In this document: one piece after another, positions 48,116 through 58,768 of the stretch
Layout: each line of letters begins with the position of its first letter
How positions within the stretch are numbered: the stretch's first letter is position 1
Assembly (NCBI GenBank): GCA_963826115.1
Contig: CAWGVS010000005.1
Span: 288,001-352,000 of the forward strand
Source: an uncultured Candidatus Rokubacteria bacterium
GTDB lineage: Bacteria > Methylomirabilota > Methylomirabilia > Rokubacteriales > DASRDR01
DNA: 64,000 nt
Direction of reading: 5' to 3'
The notes under the pieces: generated by a model
The model's input: the letters and a program-made list of their open reading frames with translations, nothing else
Told to the model about the DNA's origin: nothing
Database searches by the model: none
Translations under genes and position numbers: made by a program

Positions 48116-51100
48116 CTACCGCTGGCTCGTGAATCTCTCGGCCTTGTCTAGCCAGAGGCGCATCTCCATCTGGCGATACATGGCCACCGCGGTGGCCAGG
48201 TGCTCTTTCGCCGTCGTCGTACCCCCGGTTCCGCGGCGGAGGGTGCCGAGGCCGAGGTGACAGTGGGCGACGAGCGGACGCATCCCGAGCTCGGTGGCGA
48301 GGCCCAGGGCTGCGTCGTAGTGCGCTTCGGCCGCCGGCACGTCGGGACGGTCGCCATGCGCGGCGATCTCACCGAGGAGCCGAAGGGCCCACGCCTCGGA
48401 GCCACGGTGGCCGCGCTCGCGGGCCAGGGCGAGGCAGCGTCCCGCCTGCGCGAGGGCGTCCTCACGGCGGCTCTCGAGCAGGTATGTCTCGCCGAGGTGC
48501 GCCAGCAGGGGCGTCCGCCACTGGACCATGCTCATTTCTTCCATGGCCGCCCGAGCCTCCTCGAGCACCGCCAGGCCCTCGGCTGTTCGGCCAGACAGGG
48601 CGTACGCGTAGCCCAGCTGGTCCGAGATGTCCGGCGACAGCTGAGGGAGATGCCGTTCGCGGGAGAGCGCGAGACCTCGCTCGGCCGGGGGGATCGCGAG
48701 ATCGAGGTTGCCTCTCGCGCCGTGGACTTGGCTTAGGCCCCGCAAGGCGTTGATCAGAGTGTAAGGGTGGTCGAGGATTTCGGCGAGTCGGACCGCTTCC
48801 TTTGCCTCGGCCAGACCACGGTCGAACTCGCCGCGCTCGGCGAGGGCAAACGCCCAGAAGAAACGAGACATCGCGACCGGGAAGCCGGCGAGGCCGCAGC
48901 GCTCGCGGAATCGATCGCCCTCGAGTAGCTCGAGGATCCGGGAGAAGTACTCGTCGACCCGCCGGTAGTCGCCAGCGACGAAATAGGCCGAGCCGAGATA
49001 GTAGTTCGCGGCGACGGCGAGCTGCAGATCGTCGACTCCCCGGGCGATCGTCAGGGCGCGCTCAGCGAATGGGGGCGCATCCGCCGCATGCCCCGTCTGG
49101 CGCGTGTGCTCGCTGAGGTACGCGGCGATCCAGCCAAGCCGTCGCCGGTCGCCCAGCGTGGTGGCCAGGCGCTCGGCGTCCTGGAGATGCCCGAAGCCGA
49201 CCTCGAAGCGGCCGAGGGGCCAGAGCGCGTTTCGGAGCGCGAGCCGAACGTCGATGCCCTGCTCCATCGTCTCGCCAGTCTCGGGCAGATGGGCCAACGC
49301 CGCCAGCGCCTGCTCGTAAGCGGTGACCGCCTCGCGGTTCGCCGATCGGCCGAAGGCCTTCATCCCGGCCTGCCGGAGGTACGCGAGCCCCTTGTCCCAG
49401 AGCTCGCCGCGGATCGCGTGGTGAGCCAGCCGTTCGACGTGCTCCGTCAGACGCTCGGTGTGGAGGGTCTCAATGGCCTCGACGATCCGGGCGTGGATCG
49501 CGCGCCGGCGGTCCTGGAGGAGACTCCCGTACGCGACCTCGTGGGTCAGCGCGTGCTTGAAGGTGTACTCGAGGTCCGGAAACAGGCTCGTCTCGTACAG
49601 GAACTCGGCCGCCTGGAGGTGGCTGAGCCCCCGGCGAAGGCCGTCCTCCGGCATATCCGCGACGGCGTGAAGGAGTGCGAACGGGACGTTCTTCCCGACG
49701 ACGGAGGCCGCCTGGAGCAGCCACTTGTCCTCGGGCGGGAGCCGGTCGATGCGCGCGGCGACAATCGCCTGTGCCGTCGCCGGGATCTGCCAGGTGTCCC
49801 CCGTCTTGGCCAGCCGATAGGCCCCGCGCTCGCCGACCAACACCTGGGTCTCCGCGAGGGTCCGGACACTCTCCTCCAGGAAGAAGGGATTGCCCTCGGT
49901 CCGCTCGATCAGGCGCTGCTTGAGTGGCTCGAGGGCCCGGTCCGTCCCGAGCAAGGCGGCGAGCAGCGCACCCGCGCTCTGGGGCGGCAACGGGTCGATC
50001 CTCAGCTGGAGGTAGTAGGTCTTGCGGCCCCAGGGGTGCTCGTACTCGGGGCGGTAGTTGACGAGGAGCAGGATGCGCGCCGTCGGCAAGCTCTCGATGA
50101 CCCCGTCGAGCACCGCCTGGGTCTCCGAGTCGATCCAGTGGAGATCCTCGAAGAGCACGAGCAGCGGTTGGATCTGGCTCTCCCGGAGGAGGAGCTGCTT
50201 GACCGCGTCGAGGGTGCGTTGCCGCCGCTGGGCCCGGTCGAGAGCGTCCCAAGCGGCATCCTCCACGGGGACGTCCAGCAATTGCAGCAGAGGCGCCAGG
50301 AGCGGCTCCAGCGCTCGATCCAGCATGAGGAGCTTGCCGGCGACGCGCTCGCGGACCACGCGCGGGTCATCGCGCTCCTGGATCCGGAAATAGCCCTTCA
50401 GCAGTTCAATGACGGGCAGGTATGGTGTGGCCTTTCCGTAGGAGACCGCGCCGCTCTCCAGAGTGAGCCAGCCGTGAGTGCGATGCGATCGCGTAAACTC
50501 CCAAGCGAGCCGAGATTTCCCCACACCGGCCTCGCCCACCACGGCGACCACTTGCCCCTGACCCTCGGCGGCGCGATCGAGCGTCTGGGCGAGCTGCTGC
50601 AGCTCGCCCTCGCGGCCGACGAAGCGGGTCAAGCCACGGGCAGCGCTGGCCTGGAGCCGGGAGCGGGCCGGCACGCTCCCGGTCAGCTCATAAACGGGCG
50701 TCGGGGTCGCGAGCCCCTTCACGGGGACGGCGCCGAGCGGTCGCACCTGGACGTAGCCCTCGGCGAGCTTCAGGATGTCGCCGGTGACGAGCGTGGAGCC
50801 GGGCTTGGCCATCTGCTCCATTCTGGCGGCGAGGTGTGTCGTCTGCCCGACGGCGGTGTAGTCCATGCGGAGGTCGCTGCCGATCGAGCGCACGACCACC
50901 TCACCCGAGTTGAGGCCCACGCGGATCTGCACGGGCGTCCCGCCCGCGCGCTGAATCTCGTCGGCGTAGAGGGAAACTCGGCGCTGCATGCGCAGGGCGG
51001 CGTAGCAGGCGCGGACGGCGTGGTCCTCGTGCGCGATCGGGGCTCCGAAGAGCGCCATGATCCCGTCGCCCATCACCTGGTTGACCGTCCCCTCGTAGTG

Positions 51101-51478
51101 ATGGACCGCTTCCATCATCCGCTCGAGCACCGGATCGAGGAGCTTCCTGCCTTCTTCGGGGTCCCGTTCGGCCAGCAGCTCCGTCGACCCCTTCAGGTCC
51201 GCGAACAGGACGGTCACCTGCTTCCGCTCGCCCTCGAGGGCGGCCTTCGAGGTGAGGATCTTCTCGGCGAGGTGCCGGGGGGTGTAGGCGTCCGGAGCCA
51301 TGGGCTTCGGCTGCGCGGATGCTGGGGCGCCGAGTCGCGCTCCACAACCTCCGCAGAACTCGTCGCCCGGCTCATTTGTGAAGCCGCAGGACGAGCAGGC
51401 GGCGGCCAGCGCGGCGCCGCACTTCGAGCAGAAGCGGCGGCCCTCGCGGTTCCCGTGTTGGCACCGTGGACAGTGCAT
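48116..51478 (-). CDS. Double zinc ribbon + class III nucleotidyl cyclase + STAND-type ATPase + TPR protein
   Basis: Four CxxC motifs; ERKQVTVLFADLKGS, MGDGIMALFGAP; Walker A GEAGVGKS, Walker B LFEDLHW; GNPFFLEE; helical repeats. Confidence 0.92.
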   Translation of the reverse strand: MHCPRCQHGNREGRRFCSKCGAALAAACSSCGFTNEPGDEFCGGCGARLGAPASAQPKPMAPDAYTPRHLAEKILTSKAALEGERKQVTVLFADLKGSTELLAERDPEEGRKLLDPVLERMMEAVHHYEGTVNQVMGDGIMALFGAPIAHEDHAVRACYAALRMQRRVSLYADEIQRAGGTPVQIRVGLNSGEVVVRSIGSDLRMDYTAVGQTTHLAARMEQMAKPGSTLVTGDILKLAEGYVQVRPLGAVPVKGLATPTPVYELTGSVPARSRLQASAARGLTRFVGREGELQQLAQTLDRAAEGQGQVVAVVGEAGVGKSRLAWEFTRSHRTHGWLTLESGAVSYGKATPYLPVIELLKGYFRIQERDDPRVVRERVAGKLLMLDRALEPLLAPLLQLLDVPVEDAAWDALDRAQRRQRTLDAVKQLLLRESQIQPLLVLFEDLHWIDSETQAVLDGVIESLPTARILLLVNYRPEYEHPWGRKTYYLQLRIDPLPPQSAGALLAALLGTDRALEPLKQRLIERTEGNPFFLEESVRTLAETQVLVGERGAYRLAKTGDTWQIPATAQAIVAARIDRLPPEDKWLLQAASVVGKNVPFALLHAVADMPEDGLRRGLSHLQAAEFLYETSLFPDLEYTFKHALTHEVAYGSLLQDRRRAIHARIVEAIETLHTERLTEHVERLAHHAIRGELWDKGLAYLRQAGMKAFGRSANREAVTAYEQALAALAHLPETGETMEQGIDVRLALRNALWPLGRFEVGFGHLQDAERLATTLGDRRRLGWIAAYLSEHTRQTGHAADAPPFAERALTIARGVDDLQLAVAANYYLGSAYFVAGDYRRVDEYFSRILELLEGDRFRERCGLAGFPVAMSRFFWAFALAERGEFDRGLAEAKEAVRLAEILDHPYTLINALRGLSQVHGARGNLDLAIPPAERGLALSRERHLPQLSPDISDQLGYAYALSGRTAEGLAVLEEARAAMEEMSMVQWRTPLLAHLGETYLLESRREDALAQAGRCLALARERGHRGSEAWALRLLGEIAAHGDRPDVPAAEAHYDAALGLATELGMRPLVAHCHLGLGTLRRGTGGTTTAKEHLATAVAMYRQMEMRLWLDKAERFTSQR

Positions 51479-51679
51479 GATCACTCGGCTCGCGATCGCA
51501 ACGTCTGCGCGGCTATCGGCTCGACAGGGATGGCGACCGACCCGCTTCCGGGGACGGTCGCTGCAATGTTCGCTTGTCCGGGCAGCGCGTTCCGCGCCAG
51601 AGTTATACCACGCGTCTGAAAGATGAGGACAGGGGAGGCCCGCGCCCTCCATCGGTGAGGCGCGGTAGAGAGTGACGCG

Positions 51680-52534
51680 TCAGCGCGCCGGCGTGAGCTT
51701 GATCCAGGAAGCGAGCCGGTCGATGAGGATCTCTTCGAGACCGAAGAACGCGTGCGGCGATTCTGGGCCGCAGGGGAGGCCGCGCGCTGGCGGACCGCCT
51801 TCCACCGTCACCAGTTCCACTCGTTTGGCATTTGTCAGCCGACGCGGCAGCGCCGAGGCGTCCTCGTACGGTGTGATCTCGCACGGGTCCTGCCGGTGGT
51901 GGATGATGAGCGTCGGCACCTGGATGCTCTCCAGGGGGACACTGGCGAGCGATTCGCGCATGGCGGGATGGGTGCGAGTCACGCTCGAGATCAGGATGAG
52001 GCCGTCGGGCCCCTCGGTGCCGAGTCGTGCCGTGACGCTCGCCGCCGAGACCGTGCCCATGCTGCTCCCGACCAGCCACAGCGGCACGGGGTCGTCGTGG
52101 CGGAGCCGTGCGACGACGGCGCCGATGTCGACGGAGTGCTCGCGACTCGTTCGAAAGGCGATCAGCCCCTCGCCGAGCCGGTCGGATGGCGCGTCGACGA
52201 ATGCCACTACGAACCCCTGGCCGGCCAGTTGCTCCCGTCGCTTGATGAGTGGGCCGGGCACGTCTCTCGGAAGCCCACGGGGGGTGAGGTCGAGCTTGCC
52301 TGATCCACCAACCAGGACGACGAGGGTTGCCACCGGCTTCGTCGATGGTCGCACCACCACGACGGTCTCCGTGATACGGGGGCGTGTCGGCACGCTGATG
52401 ACCTGCTCGCTCGCCCCCTGGCTCTCGACCGATGACGGCGACAGCGGCAGGATCAACGCGGCAACGATCAGGAAAGCGATCCGGATCGCTCGCTGCTGGA
52501 TCGGGCCAGCGATGGCGGAGGAAGCACCCCGCAC
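51680..52534 (-). CDS. Secreted alpha/beta hydrolase-fold protein
   Basis: Hydrophobic N-terminus; GSSMG nucleophile elbow, HHRQDPC, PHAFFG; start uncertain. Confidence 0.8.
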   Translation of the reverse strand: MRGASSAIAGPIQQRAIRIAFLIVAALILPLSPSSVESQGASEQVISVPTRPRITETVVVVRPSTKPVATLVVLVGGSGKLDLTPRGLPRDVPGPLIKRREQLAGQGFVVAFVDAPSDRLGEGLIAFRTSREHSVDIGAVVARLRHDDPVPLWLVGSSMGTVSAASVTARLGTEGPDGLILISSVTRTHPAMRESLASVPLESIQVPTLIIHHRQDPCEITPYEDASALPRRLTNAKRVELVTVEGGPPARGLPCGPESPHAFFGLEEILIDRLASWIKLTPAR

Positions 52535-52593
52535 CCGGGCCGACCGGGCCGAGTGCGGGGTGTCGATGCCCAAGGAAAGTGGACGTCCGACCC

Positions 52594-54156
52594 CTACTTC
52601 ACCTTGGCGTCGTAGAGGAACAGCATGTTGTCGATCCAGGGCGACCAGTCGAGGCGGTTCGAGATCCCGAAGATGTGCGCCTGCTGGTACGCCTTGATGA
52701 TGGGCGCGTCCTCGTAGATCATCTCCTGCGCCTTCCAGTAGAGCGCCTTCCGCTTCTCGGGGTCGTTCGACCCCTGGGCGTCCTCCAGGATCTTGTCGAG
52801 CGCCTCGTTCTTGTAGATCGACAGCGCCGACTTCGAATGGAGCGAGTTCACCAGGAGATCGCCGTCGAAGAGGCCGGCGCCGCCCCACGCGACCATGTAG
52901 ACGGGCAGCAGCTGGCGCTGGCGCCACTTGGTCGTGTAGACGCTCTGCTCGCCGACCTCGACGTTCGCCTTGATGCCCACCTTGCCGAGCATCTGCGCCA
53001 TCGCCTGGACGACCTCGATGTCGTTCATGTATCGGCGGTTCGGGACGTGGAGCGTGACCTCGAAGCCATTCGGGTGCCCGGCCTCCTTGAGGAGCGTCTT
53101 GGCCCGCTCCGGATCGTACCCGTACCACTTGATGTTCGGGTTGAACCCGAATGCCTCCTTCTCGAGCGGCACGCCGAGCACCTGACCGTTGCCTTCGAGG
53201 ACGGTCTTGATGATGGTGTCCATGTCGATGGCGTAGTTCATGGCCTTGCGGACGCGCGCGTCCTGCCAGGGGCCCGGCATCAGGTAGTTCGTGATCTTCA
53301 TCATGATGACGAAGCCGCCGAGCGTGGACAGCTCGATCTTCGCGACGCCGCTCGACTTCACCTTGCCGACCTGGTCGGGCGGTATGTCGCTGACGAGGTC
53401 GGCCTGGCCCGACAGGAGGGCGGCCACGCGCGTGGTCAGCTCGGGTATCGGCCGGAAGACCAGGCGGTCAATGGCCGGCGCGCCGCGGTGGTAGTCCTTG
53501 TTCGCGTCGAGGACGAGGCGGTCGTCCTTGATCCACTCGACGAACTTGTAAGGCCCGGTCCCGACGGGCTTGACCGCGAACTCGGCGTCTCCCACCTGGG
53601 CGATGTACTTCGGCGGCACGATGCCGACGGTGCCGCAGTGACCGGGGCTCATCCGCACGGGCAGGAGCGGGAACGGCGTCTTCGTGATCACGTTGACGGT
53701 GAGCGGGTCGACGACGTCGACGTGATCGATGGTGGCGATGCTGGTGCGGCCCGGCGCGCCTTGCTTGGGGTTGAGCATCCGCTCGATGCTGAACTTGACG
53801 GCCGCCGCGTCGAAGGGCTCGCCGTTGTGGAACTTCACGTTGCGGCGGAGCTTGAACTGCCAGGTGGTGTCGTTGACCAGCCGCCAGGACTCGGCCAGGT
53901 TGCCCTCGAGCTGGAGGGTCTTCAGGTTCCGCCGGAGGAGCGTGTCGAAGATCTGGCGGTCCGGCTCGTGCGCGTTCTTGTCGCAGTGCATGTGCCAGTC
54001 GAGCGTGGCGGCCTCGCCCGACTGCACGACGACGACGGGCTTCTGTTGGGCTAGGGCCTCCCGCCCCGCGGGCGCGAGGACGGCGGACAGCGCGAGGGCC
54101 CAGATCAGCCCGAGGCGCAGCCGGCGCGGACGTGGGGTGGTCTCCGGTCGCGTCAT
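52594..54156 (-). CDS. ABC transporter substrate-binding protein, family 5 (peptide/nickel)
   Basis: LAESW, FKLRRNVKFHNG, PVGTGPY, VRKAMNYAID; signal peptide. Confidence 0.93.
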   Translation of the reverse strand: MTRPETTPRPRRLRLGLIWALALSAVLAPAGREALAQQKPVVVVQSGEAATLDWHMHCDKNAHEPDRQIFDTLLRRNLKTLQLEGNLAESWRLVNDTTWQFKLRRNVKFHNGEPFDAAAVKFSIERMLNPKQGAPGRTSIATIDHVDVVDPLTVNVITKTPFPLLPVRMSPGHCGTVGIVPPKYIAQVGDAEFAVKPVGTGPYKFVEWIKDDRLVLDANKDYHRGAPAIDRLVFRPIPELTTRVAALLSGQADLVSDIPPDQVGKVKSSGVAKIELSTLGGFVIMMKITNYLMPGPWQDARVRKAMNYAIDMDTIIKTVLEGNGQVLGVPLEKEAFGFNPNIKWYGYDPERAKTLLKEAGHPNGFEVTLHVPNRRYMNDIEVVQAMAQMLGKVGIKANVEVGEQSVYTTKWRQRQLLPVYMVAWGGAGLFDGDLLVNSLHSKSALSIYKNEALDKILEDAQGSNDPEKRKALYWKAQEMIYEDAPIIKAYQQAHIFGISNRLDWSPWIDNMLFLYDAKVK

Positions 54157-54170
54157 CGAAGGTCTCCTCT

Positions 54171-55115
54171 CTACAGGCGGTCCACGGAGCTTCGGGTGTG
54201 ACGGGTCTGGAGGTACGGGTCGAGGGCGTCGCGGAGCGCGTCGCCCAGGAGGTTGATCCCCATGACGGTGACGAACAGGGCCGCGCCGGGGAAGAGCGCC
54301 AGCCAGTACCGCGTGTCCACGAACTGTCGCCCCTCGGCCAGCATGCCGCCCCAGGAGGGGATCGCGAGGGGGACGCCGAGCCCGAGGAAGGAGAGCCCGG
54401 CCTCGGTCAGGATGGCGCCGGCCACACCGAACGTCGCCACGACGATGAGCGACGCGCTGACGTTCGGGAGGACGTGGCGCCACACGATCGACCCGAGCGG
54501 CACGCCGAGCGCGCGGGCGGCGTCCACGAACGCCTTCTCGCGGACGGCGAGCGTCTCGGCGCGCACGACGCGCGCGTAGGCCACCCAGTTGCTCAGGCCG
54601 ACCACCAGGATGATGTTCCGGACGCTCGCGCCGAGGACGCCGATCACGGTGATGGCCAGGAGGATGAAGGGGAAGGCGAACTGCATGTCGGCGAGCCGCA
54701 TGATGGCGTGGTCCCAGGGCCCGCCCCGCATGCCGGCCGCGAGGCCGAGGCTGGTGCCGACGGCGCCGGCGACGAGCACGGCGGACAGGCCGATGAGCAC
54801 CGAGGTCTTCGCGCCGTGGACGACGCGGCTCAGGATGTCGCGGCCGAGCTGGTCGGTGCCGAGGACGGCGAGCGTGCCGTCGGCCGCGCGGGTGGCGGGC
54901 CGGGTGAAGCGCGCCAGGAGATTCTGCTCGTTCGGGTCGGCGGGGGCGATCCATCCCGGCGTCGCCGCGCAGACCCCGACGACGAGGAGGATCGCGGCGC
55001 CGATCCGCGCGCCGCCCGACCCGAGGAGGACGCGGGTGCGGCGCCACGCCCGCCGGGGCCGGGGGACCGAGGGGTCGGCGAGGCCGACCGGGAGGGCGGG
55101 CGCGTCAAGCCGCAC
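54171..55115 (-). CDS. Peptide ABC transporter permease (DppC/OppC-like)
   Basis: LGTDQLGRD, EAA-loop FVDAARALG, EAGLSFLGLG, NLLGDALRDALDP. Confidence 0.93.
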   Translation of the reverse strand: MRLDAPALPVGLADPSVPRPRRAWRRTRVLLGSGGARIGAAILLVVGVCAATPGWIAPADPNEQNLLARFTRPATRAADGTLAVLGTDQLGRDILSRVVHGAKTSVLIGLSAVLVAGAVGTSLGLAAGMRGGPWDHAIMRLADMQFAFPFILLAITVIGVLGASVRNIILVVGLSNWVAYARVVRAETLAVREKAFVDAARALGVPLGSIVWRHVLPNVSASLIVVATFGVAGAILTEAGLSFLGLGVPLAIPSWGGMLAEGRQFVDTRYWLALFPGAALFVTVMGINLLGDALRDALDPYLQTRHTRSSVDRL

Positions 55116-56037
55116 GGTAGCCGCCCAGGCGCACGCGCGGGTCGAGCGCGGTGTAGGCGAGGTCGATGAGGACGTTCACCAGCAGCAGCACCGCCGCCAC
55201 GGTGAACACGACGGCCTGGATGAGCGGCACGTCCTTGTTGACGACGGCCTCGACGGCGAGCCGGCCGACGCCGGGATACGCGAAGACCGCCTCGGTGATG
55301 ACCGCGCCGCCCAGAAGGTTCCCGAGCTCGAGCCCGATCGCCGTCACGATGGGGATCGCGCCGTTGCGGAGCGCGTGCCGGAGGATCACCGACCACTCGC
55401 CGATGCCCTTGGCCCGCGCCGTCCGGAGGAAGTCCTGGTTCAGGACCTCCAGCATGCTCGACCGCGTGATGCGGGCCGTGCGCGCCATCGCCCAGACGCC
55501 GAGCGTGATCGCGGGCAGGACGAGAGTGAGCCAGCCGTCGCCGCCGTACACCGGCATCCAGCGAAGGTTCACGGCGAACGCCAGGATCAGGAGGATGCCC
55601 AGCCAGAACGTGGGCATGCACTGGCCGGCCAGCGCGAGCGCCATCGCCCCGGAGTCCAGCACGGAGCCCCGCCAGACGGCGGCCATGATGCCGAGCGGCA
55701 GGGCGAGGAGCACCGCCAGGACGATGGCGGCCACCGCGAGCCTGGCCGTCGCGGGGAAGCGCTCGAGGACCAGGGGCAGCGTGGGCTGCCGGTGCCGGAG
55801 GGAGCGCCCGAAGTCACCGTGGATCGCGCGCGCCAGGAACTGGCCGTACTGCTCGGGCAGCGGCCGGTCGAATCCGAGCGCCGCCCGCATGATGTCGTAA
55901 TCTGCCTTCGTGCCCTCGGGACCCATGTAGAGCGCGGTCGGGTCCCCCGAGAGGTGGACGACGAGGAAGACGGCGAGGGTGATGGCGACCAGGACGGCCA
56001 GCGCCCAGACCAGTCGCTGGCCGAGGTACGCGATCAC
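55105..56037 (-). CDS. Peptide ABC transporter permease (DppB/OppB-like)
   Basis: GDFGRS, RTARAKG, HALRN, GAVITEAVF, YTALDPR. Confidence 0.93.
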   Translation of the reverse strand: MIAYLGQRLVWALAVLVAITLAVFLVVHLSGDPTALYMGPEGTKADYDIMRAALGFDRPLPEQYGQFLARAIHGDFGRSLRHRQPTLPLVLERFPATARLAVAAIVLAVLLALPLGIMAAVWRGSVLDSGAMALALAGQCMPTFWLGILLILAFAVNLRWMPVYGGDGWLTLVLPAITLGVWAMARTARITRSSMLEVLNQDFLRTARAKGIGEWSVILRHALRNGAIPIVTAIGLELGNLLGGAVITEAVFAYPGVGRLAVEAVVNKDVPLIQAVVFTVAAVLLLVNVLIDLAYTALDPRVRLGGYRAA

Positions 56038-56091
56038 GCGCCGGGCACCGCGCGGAGGAGCCCGTGCCCCACTGGCGTTCGTCGCCCTCGC

Positions 56092-56763
56092 TCAGCCGAG
56101 GTGCTGGCGGAAGAAGGCGAGCGAGCGCTCGCGCGCCAGGCGCGCGCTCGGCTCGTGGTAGCTCCCGCGCGCGTCGCAGCTGAAGCCGTGGCCGGCCGGG
56201 TAGACGTGGACGGGGATCGTCGGGTGGATGCGCCGCACCTTCTCGTAGTGCTCCTTGGGGATGCCGGTGTCGGTCTCGCCGAAGTGGAGCATGACCGGGC
56301 AGCGGGGCGACTCCTCGGCCGTCTCGGCGATCCCGCCGCCGTAGTAGCCCACCGTGGCCGACAGGCCGTCGATGCGCGTGGCGGCGAGCCAGGCCAGGGT
56401 CCCACCCCAGCAGTAGCCGACGACGCCGACGCCGAGGCCGGCGCGCGCGAGCTCGCGGACGGCGGCGCGCACGTCGCGCACGCTGTCGTCGGTGGAGATC
56501 TTGCCCCGGAGCTCGCGGCCCTGCTGGATGTCCTCGGCCGTGTACCCGATGTCCACGCCGCGCTCCACACGGTCGAACAGCGCGGGGGCGAGCGCGACGT
56601 AGCCGTCGGCGGCCCAGCCGTCGGTGACCTTCTTGATGTGCGAGTTCACCCCGAAGATCTCCTGCACCACCACGAGCCCGCCCCGCGGCGTCCCCGCGGG
56701 CGTCGCGCGGTAGCCGGCGAGCTGGTGTCCGTCCTCGGCGTTGAGCGTCAGCATCTGACCCAT
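56092..56763 (-). CDS. Dienelactone hydrolase family protein
   Basis: QEIFGVNSHI, GYCWGG nucleophile, YPAGHGF. Confidence 0.93.
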   Translation of the reverse strand: MGQMLTLNAEDGHQLAGYRATPAGTPRGGLVVVQEIFGVNSHIKKVTDGWAADGYVALAPALFDRVERGVDIGYTAEDIQQGRELRGKISTDDSVRDVRAAVRELARAGLGVGVVGYCWGGTLAWLAATRIDGLSATVGYYGGGIAETAEESPRCPVMLHFGETDTGIPKEHYEKVRRIHPTIPVHVYPAGHGFSCDARGSYHEPSARLARERSLAFFRQHLG

Positions 56764-56839
56764 CGTGGCTCCTCCTTGTCGTGGGACCGATCAGGCCGCC
56801 AGTCTAGCAAGCCCGCCGGGTCTGCCAAGGGCCGCCCCG

Positions 56840-57397
56840 CTACGCGTCGGCCCGCACGTCTCCCGAGGGGTAGGGGATCGGCCCCGCGTAGTCGACCCGG
56901 AGCGGCGCCCAGCGCAGCGCCCACTCTCGCGTCAGGGTCCCCGCGAGCTGGCGGAGGTGGAGTCCGTCGTGCGCGACCCAGGCCGCCACGAGGTCGAGGC
57001 CGGAAAGCCGGAGGCCGGACGGACTCTCGCCGGTGGCGAGCAGGCCCTCGGGCGTGGCCTCGGCCAGGAGCGCCAGGCTCGCGCGGCGCTCTTCGTGGAA
57101 CGCGGCGAGAGCCGCGCCGGGATCCGCATCGCGGTAGCGCCGCGCTTTCGCCCAGCCCTCGGGGTCGACGGGCGCGAACGCGCCGCCGCCTCCGAGGACG
57201 ACGCGGACGCGCGCGCCGAAGTCCTCGGCCTCCTCGTCGCGGAGGTGGCGCACGATCTCGACGGCCGCCCACTCGTCGGGAGCCGGCCGCGCCCGCCACG
57301 TGGCGGGCGTCAGCCCGGCGACGAGACCGTCCAGCAGGGCGGGGAAGCGCCCGAGCTCCTGGCGCGCATCGCGGAGCAGCGTCGCGGCATCCGTCAT
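56840..57397 (-). CDS. DinB/DUF664 family protein
   Basis: WRARPAPDEWAAVEIVRHLRDEE, HDGLHLRQL. Confidence 0.85.
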   Translation of the reverse strand: MTDAATLLRDARQELGRFPALLDGLVAGLTPATWRARPAPDEWAAVEIVRHLRDEEAEDFGARVRVVLGGGGAFAPVDPEGWAKARRYRDADPGAALAAFHEERRASLALLAEATPEGLLATGESPSGLRLSGLDLVAAWVAHDGLHLRQLAGTLTREWALRWAPLRVDYAGPIPYPSGDVRADA

Positions 57398-58737
57398 GAC
57401 GGGCTCCTCTCTCCGGGCCGGCGCGGCACGCGGCCGGCGACGAGGCGGACCTTGCGCGGCGCCGCCAGCCACATGGCGGCCACCGTGACCACGCTGCACG
57501 CGATGGCGAGCCAGAACGCCGGCGCGTAGCTTCCGGTGCGGTCGTAGACGAGCCCCGTCACCCAGGGCCCGGCCCCTGCGCCGGCGTTGGAGGCGAGGTT
57601 CAGCACCGCGAAGATGGAGCTGTAGCGCGCGCCCTGGAAGAGCTCCATCGGGATCGCCCCGAAGACGGACGCGGCCCCGTAGCCGAGCAGGCCCTGCGAG
57701 GCGACCATGACGTAGACGAGCCACCGCGACGGGTGCGCCGGGAGGGCGAGCAGCGCCGCGTAGCAGACCACGTACCCCAAGCCGGCCGCGGTCCACGCCC
57801 ACTCGCGGCCGATCCGGTCGGAGACGTAGCCCCACAGGATCTGGCCGGCGATCCCCGTGATCCCGACGACGCCGAGTGCCCACGCCGCGAAGTCGGCCGG
57901 AAAGCCGAGCTCGAGGAGGTACTTCGTCTGGTGGACCTGGACCGCGTACCAGGCGAAGAGGCAGGTGAAGTACCCGATGAAGACCCACCAGAACCGGCTC
58001 GTGCGCACGGCCCGCGCGAGGGTCCACTCGACCGCGGCCCACCGCGGGTCGACGACGTGGACGGGCGCGGGCCGGGCCGTCTTGCCCGACCTCTCGTCAC
58101 CGTCGGGGCGGAGGCCGAGCTCTTCGGGCCTCCGTCGCGGGACGAGGAGGTTCAGCGGCAGGATCAGGAACAGGAGGATGGCAGCGAAGGCCCAGCAGGC
58201 GCCGCGCCACCCCGTGCGCTCGATGAGATGCTGGGCCCACGGGAGGAGCACGAACGAGCCGACGCCGACGCCCGAGAAGGCGATGCCGAGCGCGAGGCCG
58301 CGCTGGCGCACGAACCAGTTCGGGATCAGGAGCGAGTGCCCCATGTAGCTCACGAAGACACTGGCGCCCGCGACGAGAACGCCCAGGGTGAGGTGGAGCT
58401 GCCAGGGCGCGTGGGCGCCCGTCGCGAGCGCGAGCCCGAGGCTCATGAGCGCGAGCCCGAACGGGAACACGACACGCGGGCCCAGCCGATCCATGAGGAC
58501 GCCGAGGAACGGCGTGAAGGCGTTCGCCGCGAGGAGGCCGGTCGTGAAGGTCGCGGCCGTGAGGGCGCGCGACCAGCCGAACTCGTCCAGGATCGACGGG
58601 AAGAAGAGGGAGAAGACCGTGCGGGAGTTCACCACGACGCCCATCGTGACGAACGCCGTCGCGACCAGGATCCAGCCGTAGAAGATCGGCACGCGCGCGG
58701 CCGCCGCGCGGACGGGTCCCGCCGTCTGGGCCGCCAT
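57394..58737 (-). CDS. MFS transporter (OFA/MCT-like)
   Basis: FYGW, EFGWSRA, GVLMDRLGPR, WFVRQRGLALG; about 12 TM segments. Confidence 0.9.
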   Translation of the reverse strand: MAAQTAGPVRAAAARVPIFYGWILVATAFVTMGVVVNSRTVFSLFFPSILDEFGWSRALTAATFTTGLLAANAFTPFLGVLMDRLGPRVVFPFGLALMSLGLALATGAHAPWQLHLTLGVLVAGASVFVSYMGHSLLIPNWFVRQRGLALGIAFSGVGVGSFVLLPWAQHLIERTGWRGACWAFAAILLFLILPLNLLVPRRRPEELGLRPDGDERSGKTARPAPVHVVDPRWAAVEWTLARAVRTSRFWWVFIGYFTCLFAWYAVQVHQTKYLLELGFPADFAAWALGVVGITGIAGQILWGYVSDRIGREWAWTAAGLGYVVCYAALLALPAHPSRWLVYVMVASQGLLGYGAASVFGAIPMELFQGARYSSIFAVLNLASNAGAGAGPWVTGLVYDRTGSYAPAFWLAIACSVVTVAAMWLAAPRKVRLVAGRVPRRPGERSPS

Positions 58738-58768
58738 GGACCGGCGCTCGCGTGCCCGAGCGGTCGGG

